DNA from: Macrostomum lignano
Taxonomy: Eukaryota
Direction of reading: 5' to 3'
Length of the DNA stretch: 33,321 nucleotides
Assembly (NCBI GenBank): GCA_002269645.1
Contig: NIVC01004852.1
Coordinates: 1 to 33,321, forward strand
The position numbers were made by a program, and so were the translations under genes. Positions within the stretch are counted from its first letter, which is position 1. Each line of letters begins with the position of its first letter. Positions 12,249 to 24,088 of the stretch are shown here, one piece after another. The notes under the pieces were generated by a model. It was not told the origin of the DNA and did not search any database. It saw only the letters and a list, made by a program, of their open reading frames with translations.

Positions 12249-13010
12249 CCACCTGTATCTTCTGTCACTCACCTGTATCTTCTGTCACTCACCTGTATCT
12301 TCTGTCACTCACCTGTATCTTCTGTCACTCACCTGTATCTTCTGTCACTCATCTGTATCTTCTGTCACTCACCTGTATCTTCTGTCACTCACCTGTATCT
12401 TCTGTCACTCACCTGTATCTTCTGTCACTCACCTGTATCTTCTGTCACTCACCTGTATCTTCTGTCACTCACCTGTATCTTCTGTCACTCATCTGTATCT
12501 TCTGTCACTCACCTGTATCTTCTGTCACTCACCTGTATCTTCTGTCACTCACCTGTATCTTCTGTCACTCACCTGTATCTTCTGTCACTCACCTGTATCT
12601 TCTGTCACTCACCTGTATCTTCTGTCACTCACCTGTATCTTCTGTCACTCATCTGTATCTTCTGTCACTCACCTGTATCTTCTGTCACTCACCTGTATCT
12701 TCTGTCACTCATCTGTATCTTCTGTCACTCACCTGTATCTTCTGTCACTCACCTGTATCTTCTGTCACTCACCTGTATCTTCTGTCACTCACCTGTATTT
12801 TCTGTCACTCACCTGTATCTTCTGTCACTCACCTGTATCTTCTGTCACTCACCTGTATCTTCTGTCACTCACCTGTATCTTCTGTCACTCACCTGTATCT
12901 TCTGTCACTCACCTGTATCTTCTGTCACTCACCTGTATTTTCTGTCACTCACCTGTATCTTCTGTCACTCACCTGTATCTTCTGTCACTCACCTGTATCT
13001 TCTGTCACTT
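12249..13010 (+). repeat. 20-bp minisatellite (CACCTGTATCTTCTGTCACT)n, highly homogeneous
   Basis: About 38 near-identical units. Confidence 0.98.
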
Positions 13011-13726
13011 ACTTCTAAACTCTTATTACTAGTATCTAGCTACCTTTCCAAAAGATTTCGGCAGCTTTTCAGGCATCGGAAAAAGATTTTAATTAGGCTA
13101 TTATGATATCATGAGTCAGAGGGAGGACAGTTTTACAGCTTATTCATGCTGTCAAAAGTTCTTTAAAAACGAAGACGACAGTCAGAAGCCAGGAGCGCAC
13201 GGTGCCAGATTAAATTGTAGCGATTTTAGCTTCAGAAAGTTGGGGGTTTTAAGCTGGGGATCGCGTGCTCTGCTGCCCCCCCCCCGCGCTCATCCCAGCT
13301 CCCTTCAACTCCATCCGGACCGATTGTCTCTCGAGTTACCTCTCACCTGACTCCCCTAAGCCCCCCTTTTGCCCCCTATTAGTCTCGGGATTCGAACCGA
13401 GAGGCCTCGGGGGAAAGACTCAATCGAAAGTCCATCTCAATCCGGTTTTGATCCGCTCGACTCTAATCTTTCCCCACCTGTCCCGAGCTCTCAGTGGGTA
13501 TTCGAAACTCGAATAGGCCTTCAAGCCCCGAGCTCGTTAGCCAATACAGCCGAAAGTTTGCATTTCAAGAGCCCGAGCTTTTGGTTTAAGAGGAAGGCAG
13601 GATGGAGAGGAGAGGCAGGAGAGCAGTGCCCGCCTCCCCACCACCTCATTGGTGTGCTTGTATCTGCCGATATGTAGTGTTGCTCATTTGATGTTATAAA
13701 CTAAATGTCTCTTGAGTAGTGCCTAT

Positions 13727-13810
13727 TGAGTCATAGGCGTCTGAGCAGTGTCTATACTGAGTCATAGACATCGGAGCAGTGTCTATACTGAGTCACAGGC
13801 ATCGGAGCAG
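13727..13810 (+). repeat. ~31-bp tandem repeat, about 3 copies (GAGTCATAGRCRTCKGAGCAGTGTCTATACT)
   Basis: gagcagtgtctatactgagtca is repeated. Confidence 0.8.
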
Positions 13811-14406
13811 AGACTCAGAGACCGGGCTGAATTAGCTCAAGTAGAAGAGAACATTACCTTTTCGGCATGCCCATATCTGAGCACTAGAAGCTAATTAACC
13901 TGATAAAATGAGCATCTCACTGCACAGTAATCAGAAGGCGGAGACAGGCAGATCCTGAGCCGCAGTAAAGACAATGCGCCTGACCTCAGCCTCCGGATAA
14001 GAGGGGCACTGAAGGCCTCTGCCCTACAGCAGCAGCCTCCACTCGCTACTTAAGAGACTTTCTCAGCGCAGGTCGCGGGGGCGCCTTGCGCAAGTCAGCC
14101 CCGTAGAATGAATGCGAGAGCAGCGGAACGGGACTGAAGCTTAGAGGTGGAGAAGGAGTGACAGTCCTCAGAGGTCGGGGCCGTTCCCCTCGATCAATAA
14201 TTGATTTATTTTCCGGCTGCGTCACGGCCCGCTGCAGGGCCAACCAGCTGAGTCCGGAGCGGCAGCCAACCGGGCGCGGCTGCCGGAGCGAAGAAGAAGG
14301 AGCGGGGGGGTCCGGAGGCGGGCGAGAACCGCCAAGCCGAGCACCTCAGCTGGCCCGGCTGTTGAACAGCGGCAAGCGTCAACTTCAGCACGCCGTCACT
14401 TCACTT

Positions 14407-15413
14407 ATGCAGCTCCGGGCGGGTGGCGGCCTGCTGGCAGGCGTCCTGCTGACAGTCGGTCTGCTGCTCAGTGCGGCGACACCGTCGTCAGTCAGCGTGC
14501 TGGCCGCCGTGGCCACCGGGGACGGCGGCGGCATCCGGCAGGGCGCAGCGGCCCCGAACTACACGAACATCGTTGACCGCATTGTGGAGAGCATCTTCCA
14601 GGGCTACAACAAGCACCAGCGTCCGGTGCCGGCCCGCCGCTCCCGGCCGGACGGCCGCATTGAGGAGGACTCCACCGTGGTGTTCGTCAACATGAAGATC
14701 CTCAGCATCAACAAGGTGGACGTCATCAACATGGAGTTCACGCTGGACATGTACCTGCGCCAGTACTGGAAGGACCACCGCCTCATGTGGAACCACAACC
14801 AGTTCCGCTTCTACAACGAGTCCATCGCCATTCCCGCCAAGAAGGAGAACCTCTGGCTGCCCGACCTGTTCTTCCGCAACGGCAAGGAGGGCTACCTGCA
14901 CAAGATGACGCAGCCGAACTACCTGATCAGGGTGGACCCAGACGGCAGCATTCTGTACTCGCAGAAGGTGACCATGAAGTTCTCCTGCCAGATGCAGCTG
15001 CAGACGTTTCCTATGGACACGCAGACGTGCTACATCAACATCGGCAGCTACGGGTACACCACCAAGAACCTGGAGTTCCGCTGGCTGAAGGGCAAGAAGA
15101 GCCCCGTCGAGTTGGACTCCAGCATGCAGATCTCCGAGTTCAACACGCCCAAAAGTGTCAAGGTGATCGACTGCTCGAAAAGCAGCACCACCAGCACGGG
15201 CAGCTACGCGTGCCTGAAGGCCGTCTTCAAGCTGGAGCGGCAGCTGGGAAGCTACCTGTCTGCTACCTACATCCCCGCCATCTTGATCATCGCTGTGAGC
15301 TGGCTCAACTTCTGGATCAACGTTGAGGCCGTGCCCGCCAGGGTGTCTCTGGGGCTGCTCACCCTGCTGGGCATCCTCACTCAGGGCATGTCCGTCATCA
15401 ACAACCTGCCCAG
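14407..15413 (+). CDS. Cys-loop anion channel (lophotrochozoan GluCl-like), variable first exon A: signal peptide, ECD, M1, M2
   Basis: ATG at 14407 opens a hydrophobic leader (MQLRAGGGLLAGVLLTVGLLLSAA). It contains loop D YLRQYW, loop A WLPDLFFRN, Cys-loop CQMQLQTFPMDTQTC, loop C C-x12-C, and anion-type PAR before M2. Strong donor ag|gtgagt (phase 2) in LPR. Spliced to 21161-21641 the total is 1488 nt (495 aa). Confidence 0.92.
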
Positions 15414-15439
15414 GTGAGTGGCGGAGTCTGAGCAGTTTA

Positions 15440-15835
15440 ATAGCAAGGATTCTCCATCTTGATTTGGATGGAAATCTCCATCCTGGTTGGGCGTCCTTGG
15501 GGAATCTCCATCCTGGTTGGGCGTCCTTGGGGAATCTCCATCCTGGTTGGGCGTCCTTGGGGAATCTTCACTTTGGTTGAGTGTTCTTGTGGGAATCCCC
15601 ATCCTTGTTGAGTGTGACTTGTGAATCTCCATCCTGACTGGTGTCACTGGGGAATCTCCATCCTGATTGGTGTCACTGGGGAATCTCCATCCTGGTTGGG
15701 TGTCCTTGTGAGAATCTTGGGCGTCCTTGGGGAATCTTCACTTTGGTTGAGTGTTCTTATGGGAATCCCCATCCTTGTTGGGTGTGACTTGTGAATCTCC
15801 ATCCTGGTTGGGCGTCTTTGGGGAATCTCCGTCTT
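15440..15835 (+). repeat. 30-bp minisatellite (GGAATCTCCATCCTGGTTGGGCGTCCTTGG-like) with an internal 170-bp duplication
   Basis: The units are visible. The same variant block starts at 15561 and 15731. Confidence 0.9.
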
Positions 15836-16706
15836 CGTTTGGTGTCTTTGAGAGAGTTTAGATTTCTTGGCTATTGGCAAAACGCAGTCAATGTCAGCAT
15901 TCTCTGCACTGCCTAAGCTGTTATGACTTTTCATTAGAAGTTCTTCCCAAATATTAAAAGAATTATTGTAATATTTTCACTCAATGTCGCGCGCTGAGCC
16001 ACTAGAGAGAGAGCGAGAGAGCTCTCAGCACACCAGGTGAGCAGGGGAAGGTGGGGACCCCTTGCTGAGGGGGCAGGAGGAAAAGCAAAACTTCACCTCC
16101 ACACTTCTCAGCGGTTGTAGGAGGGTCTGGGAGAAGAGTGGAGAGCATAGTGGCCTTGAGAAGCTAGAGAGTTGAGTAGCCAACAGTGCCGGTGAGACTT
16201 GCGCCATCTTGCGGTCTCCGCCACTCTCCTCAGCTCTCCGCCTCCGCCGCTAACGCCTGGCAAATTGAAAAAGTCGCAGTCCAATCTCGCTGGGAAATGG
16301 AGCTCTGGAGTGAGTTAGTTACCCGGGGAGTCACCGATGTGCTGTCCTCCATGCAGTTTTGAGTATGAGTCCTCATACCAATAAGTGTGATATAAATATA
16401 GCGAGGCCATGCATAGCGCTGAGCCTTTGACGACCCACTCTGGGGACGGCCACTCGCTCCTGCACTGCGAGTCGCATTTCTGTCAGTATTGCCTGGGCCC
16501 GGAGACTGTCGGGCATGAGAGAATGAGTCTGCGAATTCGACAGGCTGTGGCGCAGGCTGAAATCAATGGCAGCTTAGCAGGACCAAAATATGTTAGCAAC
16601 ATCTGAGTAGCAATGCACTGTTTTCTGCTATTTGGAATGATAGCATTCTATTAATCTACGAGTATCTAGTAATGACGATATTCTCGCAGTCTGAGTGTGC
16701 AGCAAA

Positions 16707-16752
<46 letters not shown>

Positions 16753-16760
16753 GAACAGAC
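16707..16760 (+). repeat. Short (AGAC)n microsatellite between variable exons A and B
   Basis: About 11-12 perfect units. Confidence 0.95.
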
Positions 16761-17417
16761 AAAGTGAGTCAAATACTCACGGGTGTCTGGTTAGACACAT
16801 ACATACATGGTCTGTATTGGCCAGACACGCAAAATGAGTCGGATTATGCGCAAAGGACTGGGTCAGTCCATCTGACGCAGAGGAAAATGCTACATCGTGT
16901 CAGAAAAGGTGGTCCAAGTCACCGGGAATCAGCGTCAGACGCATGCATCTAAGAAAATGGAAATCACAATATTTTTCATCACGCTTCAGGGTTTCTACTA
17001 TCAGTAGTAAAACAAACAAAGAACGATATATCAATATCTCGCTGAAACTTAGCTATTAGTTCTCTCAGAGGTTTGTATACAAAAAATCGTGGCCTCTCGA
17101 CAGACGCACCATGGCAACCGTGGTGCAATGAAATATGCGTATCGACTCGCCAAGTTGTCAGTGCAACAACGAGGCTTCAGGCTTCTCAGAATCACTTTTT
17201 CTCCCATGGAAATTCGCCTCGCACCTGTAAAAAAGCACCCGAGAAGCTGCGTCAAGAGCGCCATCGTTCGGCTAAACTCCGGCTCGCATTGGAGAGCAAA
17301 AAAACCCTCGGCTGAGACCCGCAGGACGGCCTCTCTATCTGGGATTGGCTGGTCCCGGTTGCTCTGTATAAAACTGAGTTTAACGGCTACGAAAAAGCTC
17401 AAGAGCTCAAGGCAGTC

Positions 17418-18400
17418 ATGCTGAGTCACTGGTTTGTCATTCAGCTACTCCGCTGCAGCCTCATCTGCTTGGCCAGCGGCGAGCGGCCACTGGAGTCGGT
17501 GGCGGAGGCGGCGGGGAACCACAGCGGTGTGGTGGACAGAATTGTGGAGCACATCTTCCGCGGCTACAACAAGCACCAGAGGCCGTCGCCTCACTGCGAC
17601 AGGGACGGTTCGCCAGCCAAAGCTGGCAACGAAATGTTGCTTGTCGAGCCTCCGACTGAGGTGTTCGTCAACATGAAGATCCTCAGCATCAACAAGGTGG
17701 ACGTCATCAACATGGAGTTCACGCTGGACATGTACCTGCGCCAGTACTGGAAGGACCACCGCCTCATGTGGCACCACAACCAGTTCCGCTTCTACAACGA
17801 GTCCATCGCCATTCCCGCCAAGAAGGAGAACCTCTGGCTGCCCGACCTGTTCTTCCGCAACGGCAAGGAGGGCTACCTGCACAAGATGACGCAGCCGAAC
17901 TACCTGATCAGGGTGGACCCAGACGGCAGCATTCTGTACTCGCAGAAGGTGACCATGAAGTTCTCCTGCCAGATGCAGCTGCAGACGTTTCCTATGGACA
18001 CGCAGACGTGCTACATCAACATCGGCAGCTACGGGTACACCACCAAGAACCTGGTGTTCCACTGGAAGCGGGAGCAGAGCACCAGCCAGCCAGTGGAGCT
18101 GGACACATCCATGCAGATCTCCGAATTCAACACCCCGGCTGGCGTGGCTGTCAGCGACTGCACTCGAGACAGCGCGACAACCACTGGCAGCTACGCGTGC
18201 CTGAAGGCCGTCTTCAAGCTGGAGCGGCAGCTGGGGAGCTACCTGTCCGGCACCTACATCCCCGCCATCCTGATCGTGGCCGTGAGCTGGCTCAACTTCT
18301 GGATCAACGTTGAGGCCGTGCCCGCCAGAGTGACTCTGGGGCTGCTCACCCTGCTGGGCATCCTCACTCAGGCGTCCACAGTGATGGGCAGCCTGCCAAG
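17418..18400 (+). CDS. Cys-loop anion channel (lophotrochozoan GluCl-like), variable first exon B: signal peptide, ECD, M1, M2
   Basis: ATG at 17418 opens the leader MLSHWFVIQLLRCSLICLASG. It has the same Cys-loop, loop A/D and PAR motifs as exon A. Donor ag|gtttag (phase 2) in LPR. Spliced to 21161-21641 the total is 1464 nt (487 aa). Confidence 0.92.
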
Positions 18401-18475
18401 GTTTAGCACTGGGTTTCTTGGCGTGCTGATATGGTTTCGTTTGTTGGGCCTGAGGGATGTTTTATAGGTGCTGTC

Positions 18476-19105
18476 ACAGCTTAGAGACTCAGGTGCAATC
18501 AGAGCTTAGAGACTCAGGTGCAATCAGAGCTTAGAGACTCAGGTGCAATCAGAGCTTAGTGACTCAGGTGCAATCAGAGCTTAGAGACTCAGGTGCAATC
18601 AGAGCTTAGTGACTCAGGTGCAATCAGAGCTTAGTGACTCAGGTGCAATCAGAGCATAGTGACTCAGGTGCAATCAGAGCATAGTGACTCAGGTGCAATC
18701 AGAGCTTAGTGACTCAGGTGCAATCAGAGCTTAGTGACTCAGGTGCAATCAGAGCTTAGTGACTCAGGTGCAATCAGAGCTTAGTGACTCAGGTGCAATC
18801 AGAGCTTAGTGACTCAGGTGCAATCAGAGCATAGTGACTCAGGTGCAATCAGAGCTTAGTGACTCAGGTGCAATCAGAGCATAGTGACTCAGGTGCAATC
18901 AGAGCTTAGTGACTCAGGTGCAATCAGAGCATAGTGACTCAGGTGCAATCAGAGCTTAGTGACTCAGGTGCAATCAGAGCTTAGTGACTCAGGTGCAATC
19001 AGAGCTTAGTGACTCAGGTGCAATCAGAGCTTAGTGACTCAGGTGCAATCAGAGCTTAGTGACTCAGGTGCAATCAGAGCTTAGTGACTCAGGTGCAATC
19101 AGAGC
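18476..19105 (+). repeat. 25-bp minisatellite (TTAGTGACTCAGGTGCAATCAGAGC)n, about 25 units, intronic
   Basis: The period of 25 is directly visible. 21 units contain TGACTCA. Confidence 0.97.
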
Positions 19106-19494
19106 GTAGCCCTTTAACATTTAATCGCTCTCAAGCTCTTGTCAGACTCTCCGGGCCACAGAAACCTCTGTTCGCCCCTGATCCCTCAGAGAACTCAGTT
19201 TCTCAGTGTGTTAATCGCTAACATTGCCAGCTGCAGAAATCCAGCAGTTACAAGTGAATAGAAACCCCCCAGCATCCATAGGTGCCATATCCCAGCTCCC
19301 TGTAAGTTCATCTATTTCCACCCCCGGGATGGAGTTGCAAGCGCAGCATCATCTATCCCGAACTGCAACGCGTTAGGGAAGTGCGAGTCGGCCCCTGGGC
19401 CGCAGGTCAATCTCTTCCCTCCATTATAGTCCCGCTTATCTCCGCTGAACAGACTGCCCAGCTCCCGGGATCAGCGATCCTCAGCGCTGTTTAT

Positions 19495-19513
19495 GGCCTA
19501 ATTAAATTAGGCC
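19495..19513. promoter_or_regulatory. 19-bp palindrome GGCCTAATT-A-AATTAGGCC containing a P3 homeodomain-dimer site (TAATNNNATTA)
   Basis: Perfect 9-bp inverted arms with a 1-nt spacer. Function is untested. Confidence 0.3.
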
Positions 19514-19812
19514 TCGGAAATAAAGCATTCACGCTCAACGTGGGCATTCTCCCAGTCTCTTTATCCCTCCATCCCTGCTGAGCCATCGTCAATGAGCAGC
19601 AAATGTGAATTAATGCACGAGTTTGTTACTTGCGTTTATTACTGCACTTTTTAGGTGAAGCAGGAAGAAATTTACAGAAAGTTTAGGATTTTCATTTCAT
19701 TCGGCATTGACGTTAATTGCTATTCAATTCTGAGCATTGAGAGGCCAGCTGAAGCAGATGGAAATTGCTCTCGCATATCCAGGGACTACTTAAACTGCGC
19801 ATATCATGCCAA

Positions 19813-20351
<539 letters not shown>

Positions 20352-20679
20352 CTTTTGCTGCAGGCATTAGACGAGCAATTCTAAACAGAATTTGTCTATG
20401 GCCAAGCCTCATTCAGCGCTGTGCGAAAAGGAAACAAATCTTTGCGAAACCCGTTTAGAAAACAAAATGTTTCTTGATAGACTTGGTTAGTTTAGCATTC
20501 CTCCGCTTCGGCGGTCCGTTTTTGGAAGATGCATTTTTTAAAATCAACGATGATTTGCAACTCATGCTACTTACTTCCTAATTAGTCTGTATGAAACACG
20601 ATAATGCGGTAGGTGCAGTTTAAGAATTTGGCCTCAGACTCTTTAAGTGGCTCACTGTTTGGGCCTTGGCAATAAACAA

Positions 20680-21118
20680 GGATGAATGGAGGAAAGAAAG
20701 GATGAATGGATAAATGGATAAATGGATGAAGGGATTAATGTATGAATGAATGGATGGATGAAGGGATAAAGGGTGAAGGGATGAAGGGATTAATGTATGA
20801 AGGGATAAAGAGATAAGTGAATGAAAGGATGAAGGGATGAATGAATGAATGGATGAAGGGATTAAGGGATGAGGGAATGAAGAGATGAAAGGAATGAAGG
20901 GATTAATGTACGAATGAATGAATGAATGGATGGTGAGATAATAGGGGAAGGGGTGAAGGGATGAATGGATGAAGGGTGAAGGGATAAAGGGATGAAGGGA
21001 TGAAGGGATGAAGGGATGAAGGGATGAAGGGATGAAGGGATGAAGGGATGAAGGGATGAAGGGATGAAGGGATGAATGGATGAATGGATGAAGGGATGAA
21101 TGGACGAATGGATGAAGT
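20680..21118 (+). repeat. Purine-rich 8-bp repeat (GAAGGGAT/GAATGGAT)n ending about 40 nt before the shared acceptor
   Basis: Direct inspection. Confidence 0.93.
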
Positions 21119-21160
21119 GAGAAAGCAGAGCCTCACGTACCGCCAACCGCAACTCCGCAG

Positions 21161-21641
21161 GGTGGCGTACATCAAGGCCATAGACATCTGGATCATCGCC
21201 AGCATCATGTTCGTCATCGGTGCTCTGATCGAATTTGCTGTTGCCTCGTTCCGCGCCAGGCGCACCAAGATGGAGAGCTGGCAGCGCGAGATTCGCGGCG
21301 TTGTCCGCTCGGAGCTGCAGCGGCTGGCCGTCATCCGCGGCGGTGGCCTCCCGCCCGGCCTGCCCTGCCACGGCGGCGGCGGCGGCAACCTGCACGGCTA
21401 TCCCGGCTTCCCGGAGGAGCTCGAGGACCTCCTGGCTGCCAGCATTGAGGACGGCGGCGGCGGCGGGGCCGGCGGTCCTCACGGCAACAACAAAGGAGCG
21501 CCGCCGTCTCCGGTGCCATCGCCAGACTCGGACATCGACACCTACAGCCGGTTCGTGTTCCCCGCCTGCTTCCTGCTGTACAACTGCTTCTACTGGCTGT
21601 ACTACCTGGTGCTGGTGAGCACTATCAACCCTGAGGAGTGA
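21161..21641 (+). CDS. Cys-loop anion channel constant exon: M2-M3 linker end, M3, intracellular loop, M4
   Basis: Acceptor ccgcag|G completes the Arg codon, giving LPR|VAYIKAIDIW. M3 is IWIIASIMFVIGALIEFAV and M4 is IDTYSRFVFPACFLLYNCFYWLYYL. Stop TGA at 21639-21641. Confidence 0.95.
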
Positions 21642-21883
21642 CTGGGGCAGCCGCCGCGGCTCCGAGGACCCGACAAAGGACTGCCTTATTGAAAGGCTTT
21701 TGAGAAATCGGTGGTTTTATGAGTGAATGCTTGACTGGGGGCTTCTGCTGCGAAGGCACAGAGAGGGCAGTCTGTCTGCCTGTGTACACCAGGGCATAGC
21801 CAGGATGGGGCCAGCTCCCCCCCCCATCAACTGGAAGTAGCATATGGTGCTCCATTCAGTATAAGTTTTGACGCCCCTAATGC

Positions 21884-23052
21884 TGGCGCCCAATCATATG
21901 GAATGGGGCCCAATGACAAAAATACCGCTTAATGACACGAAATGGCGCCCAATCTGTATGAAATGGCGCCAAATCATATGGAATGGCGCCCAATCTGTAT
22001 GAAATGGCGCCAAATCATATGGAATGGCGCCCAATCTGTATGAAATGGCGCCAAATCATATGGAATGGCGCCCAATCATATGGAATGGCGCCCAATCGTA
22101 TGGAATGGCGCCCAATGACATAAAATGGCATCCAATCATATGGAATGGCGCCCAATCATATGGAATGGCTCCAAATCATATGGAATGGCGCCCAATCATA
22201 TGAAATGACGCCCAATCGTATGGAATGGCGCCCAATCATATGGAATGGCTCCAAATCATATGGAATGGCGCCCAATCATATGGAATGGCGCCCAATCATA
22301 TGGAATGGCGCCCAATGACATAAAATGGCATCCAATCATATGGAATGGCGCCCAATCATATGGAATGGCGCCCAATCATATGGAATGGCGCCCAATCATA
22401 TGGAATGGCGCCCAATGACATAAAATGGCATCCAATCATATGGAATGGCGCCCAATCATATGGAATGGGGCCCAATGACACAAAATACCGCTTAATGACA
22501 CGAAATGGCGCCCAATCTGAATGAAATGGCGCCAAATCATATGGAATGGCGCCCAATCATATGAAATGACGCCCAATCGTATGGAATGGCGCCTAATCAT
22601 ATGGAATGGCGCCCAATCATATGGAATGGCTCCAAATCATATGATGGCTCCAAATCATATGGAATGGCGCCCAATCATATGGAATGGCGCCCAATCGTAT
22701 GGAATGGCGCCAAATCATATGGAATGGCGCCCAATCATATGGAATGGCGCCCAATCATATGAAATGGCTCCAAATCATATGGAATGGCGCCCAATCATAT
22801 GGAATGGCTCCAAATCATATGGAATGGCGCCCAATCATATGGAATGGCGCCCAATCATATGAAATGGCTCCAAATCATATGGAATGGCGCCCAATCATAT
22901 GGAATGGCTCCAAATCATATGGAATGGCGCCCAATCATATGGAATGGCGCCCAATCATATGATGGCTCCAAATCATATGGAATGGTGCCCAATGACACGA
23001 AATTGCGCCCAATCACATGAAATTGGCGCCAAACCATATCGAATGGCGCCCC
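21884..23052 (+). repeat. 20-bp minisatellite (CAATCATATGGAATGGCGCC)n with variant units
   Basis: Direct inspection. It produces many periodic ORFs (MAPNHMEWRPII...). Confidence 0.97.
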
Positions 23053-23589
23053 ATACAGAACACTGGCTGCACCCCTGAAATACTCAAAGCAAGTCAGGCC
23101 AGACCCTTTGCCAGAGAATGCAGAAAGCTGCACAGACTGGAAGACAAATGTAAGATCTCCAATTTTTCTCTACCGAACTGTTATTTTTCTGTTTTCAATT
23201 TACCGCTAAAAACTCCCTAGTCTTACGGTGTGAGGTTTGCGTTCTCATGTTTCAGTTATAATTTTTCTTCTTCAAATTGGCTCTTTGAGCAGACTGAGGA
23301 CAGCTTTCTATAATATGGCAACGTTGAAACAAAAGCTGCTCAAAGACCTGTCCTGAGTCTGAGTCTGAGTCTGTAGTATCTAAATATTTGTTCCTGCGAT
23401 CTTGCACTACTGAGCATATCTACCGTTCAATCTTAGTTCGGGTGCTCGCATGTGCAATTTTTAATTGATCCAGTTAGAGAATACAATAAATATTGTATTC
23501 TATGCAGCGCCCACTGCTTTCCTGTAATTATATATTAGTACATTATTTATAACTGGGTCTTCAACTCACTGGGCATACAAATAGCCAGC

Positions 23590-24088
<499 letters not shown>

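Noticed and set aside
12249-13010. CRISPR-like appearance of regular 20-32 bp repeats
   Set aside because: The units are head-to-tail with no unique spacers, there are no cas genes, and the context is eukaryotic.
13387-13398. Perfect Pol III B-box (GGTTCGAATCCC) on the minus strand; also a TAGCTCAAGTAG A-box-like motif near 13833
   Set aside because: There is no matching partner box at tRNA spacing and I could not fold a cloverleaf. At most it is a decayed SINE fragment.
14158-14406. 83-codon N-terminal extension of the exon A ORF from a GTG start
   Set aside because: The start is non-ATG and the sequence is low complexity. The signal peptide begins at ATG 14407, so this is more likely 5' UTR.
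16006-16042. GA-rich tract followed by CAG|GTGAGC as a possible non-coding first exon for isoform B
   Set aside because: A donor-like motif alone is too common to call without transcript data.
14488-18313. Antisense and alternate-frame ORFs over the channel exons (14488-14901, 14787-15326, 17445-18062, 17768-18313)
   Set aside because: These are shadows expected from GC3-rich codon usage, and they are duplicated only because the exons are.
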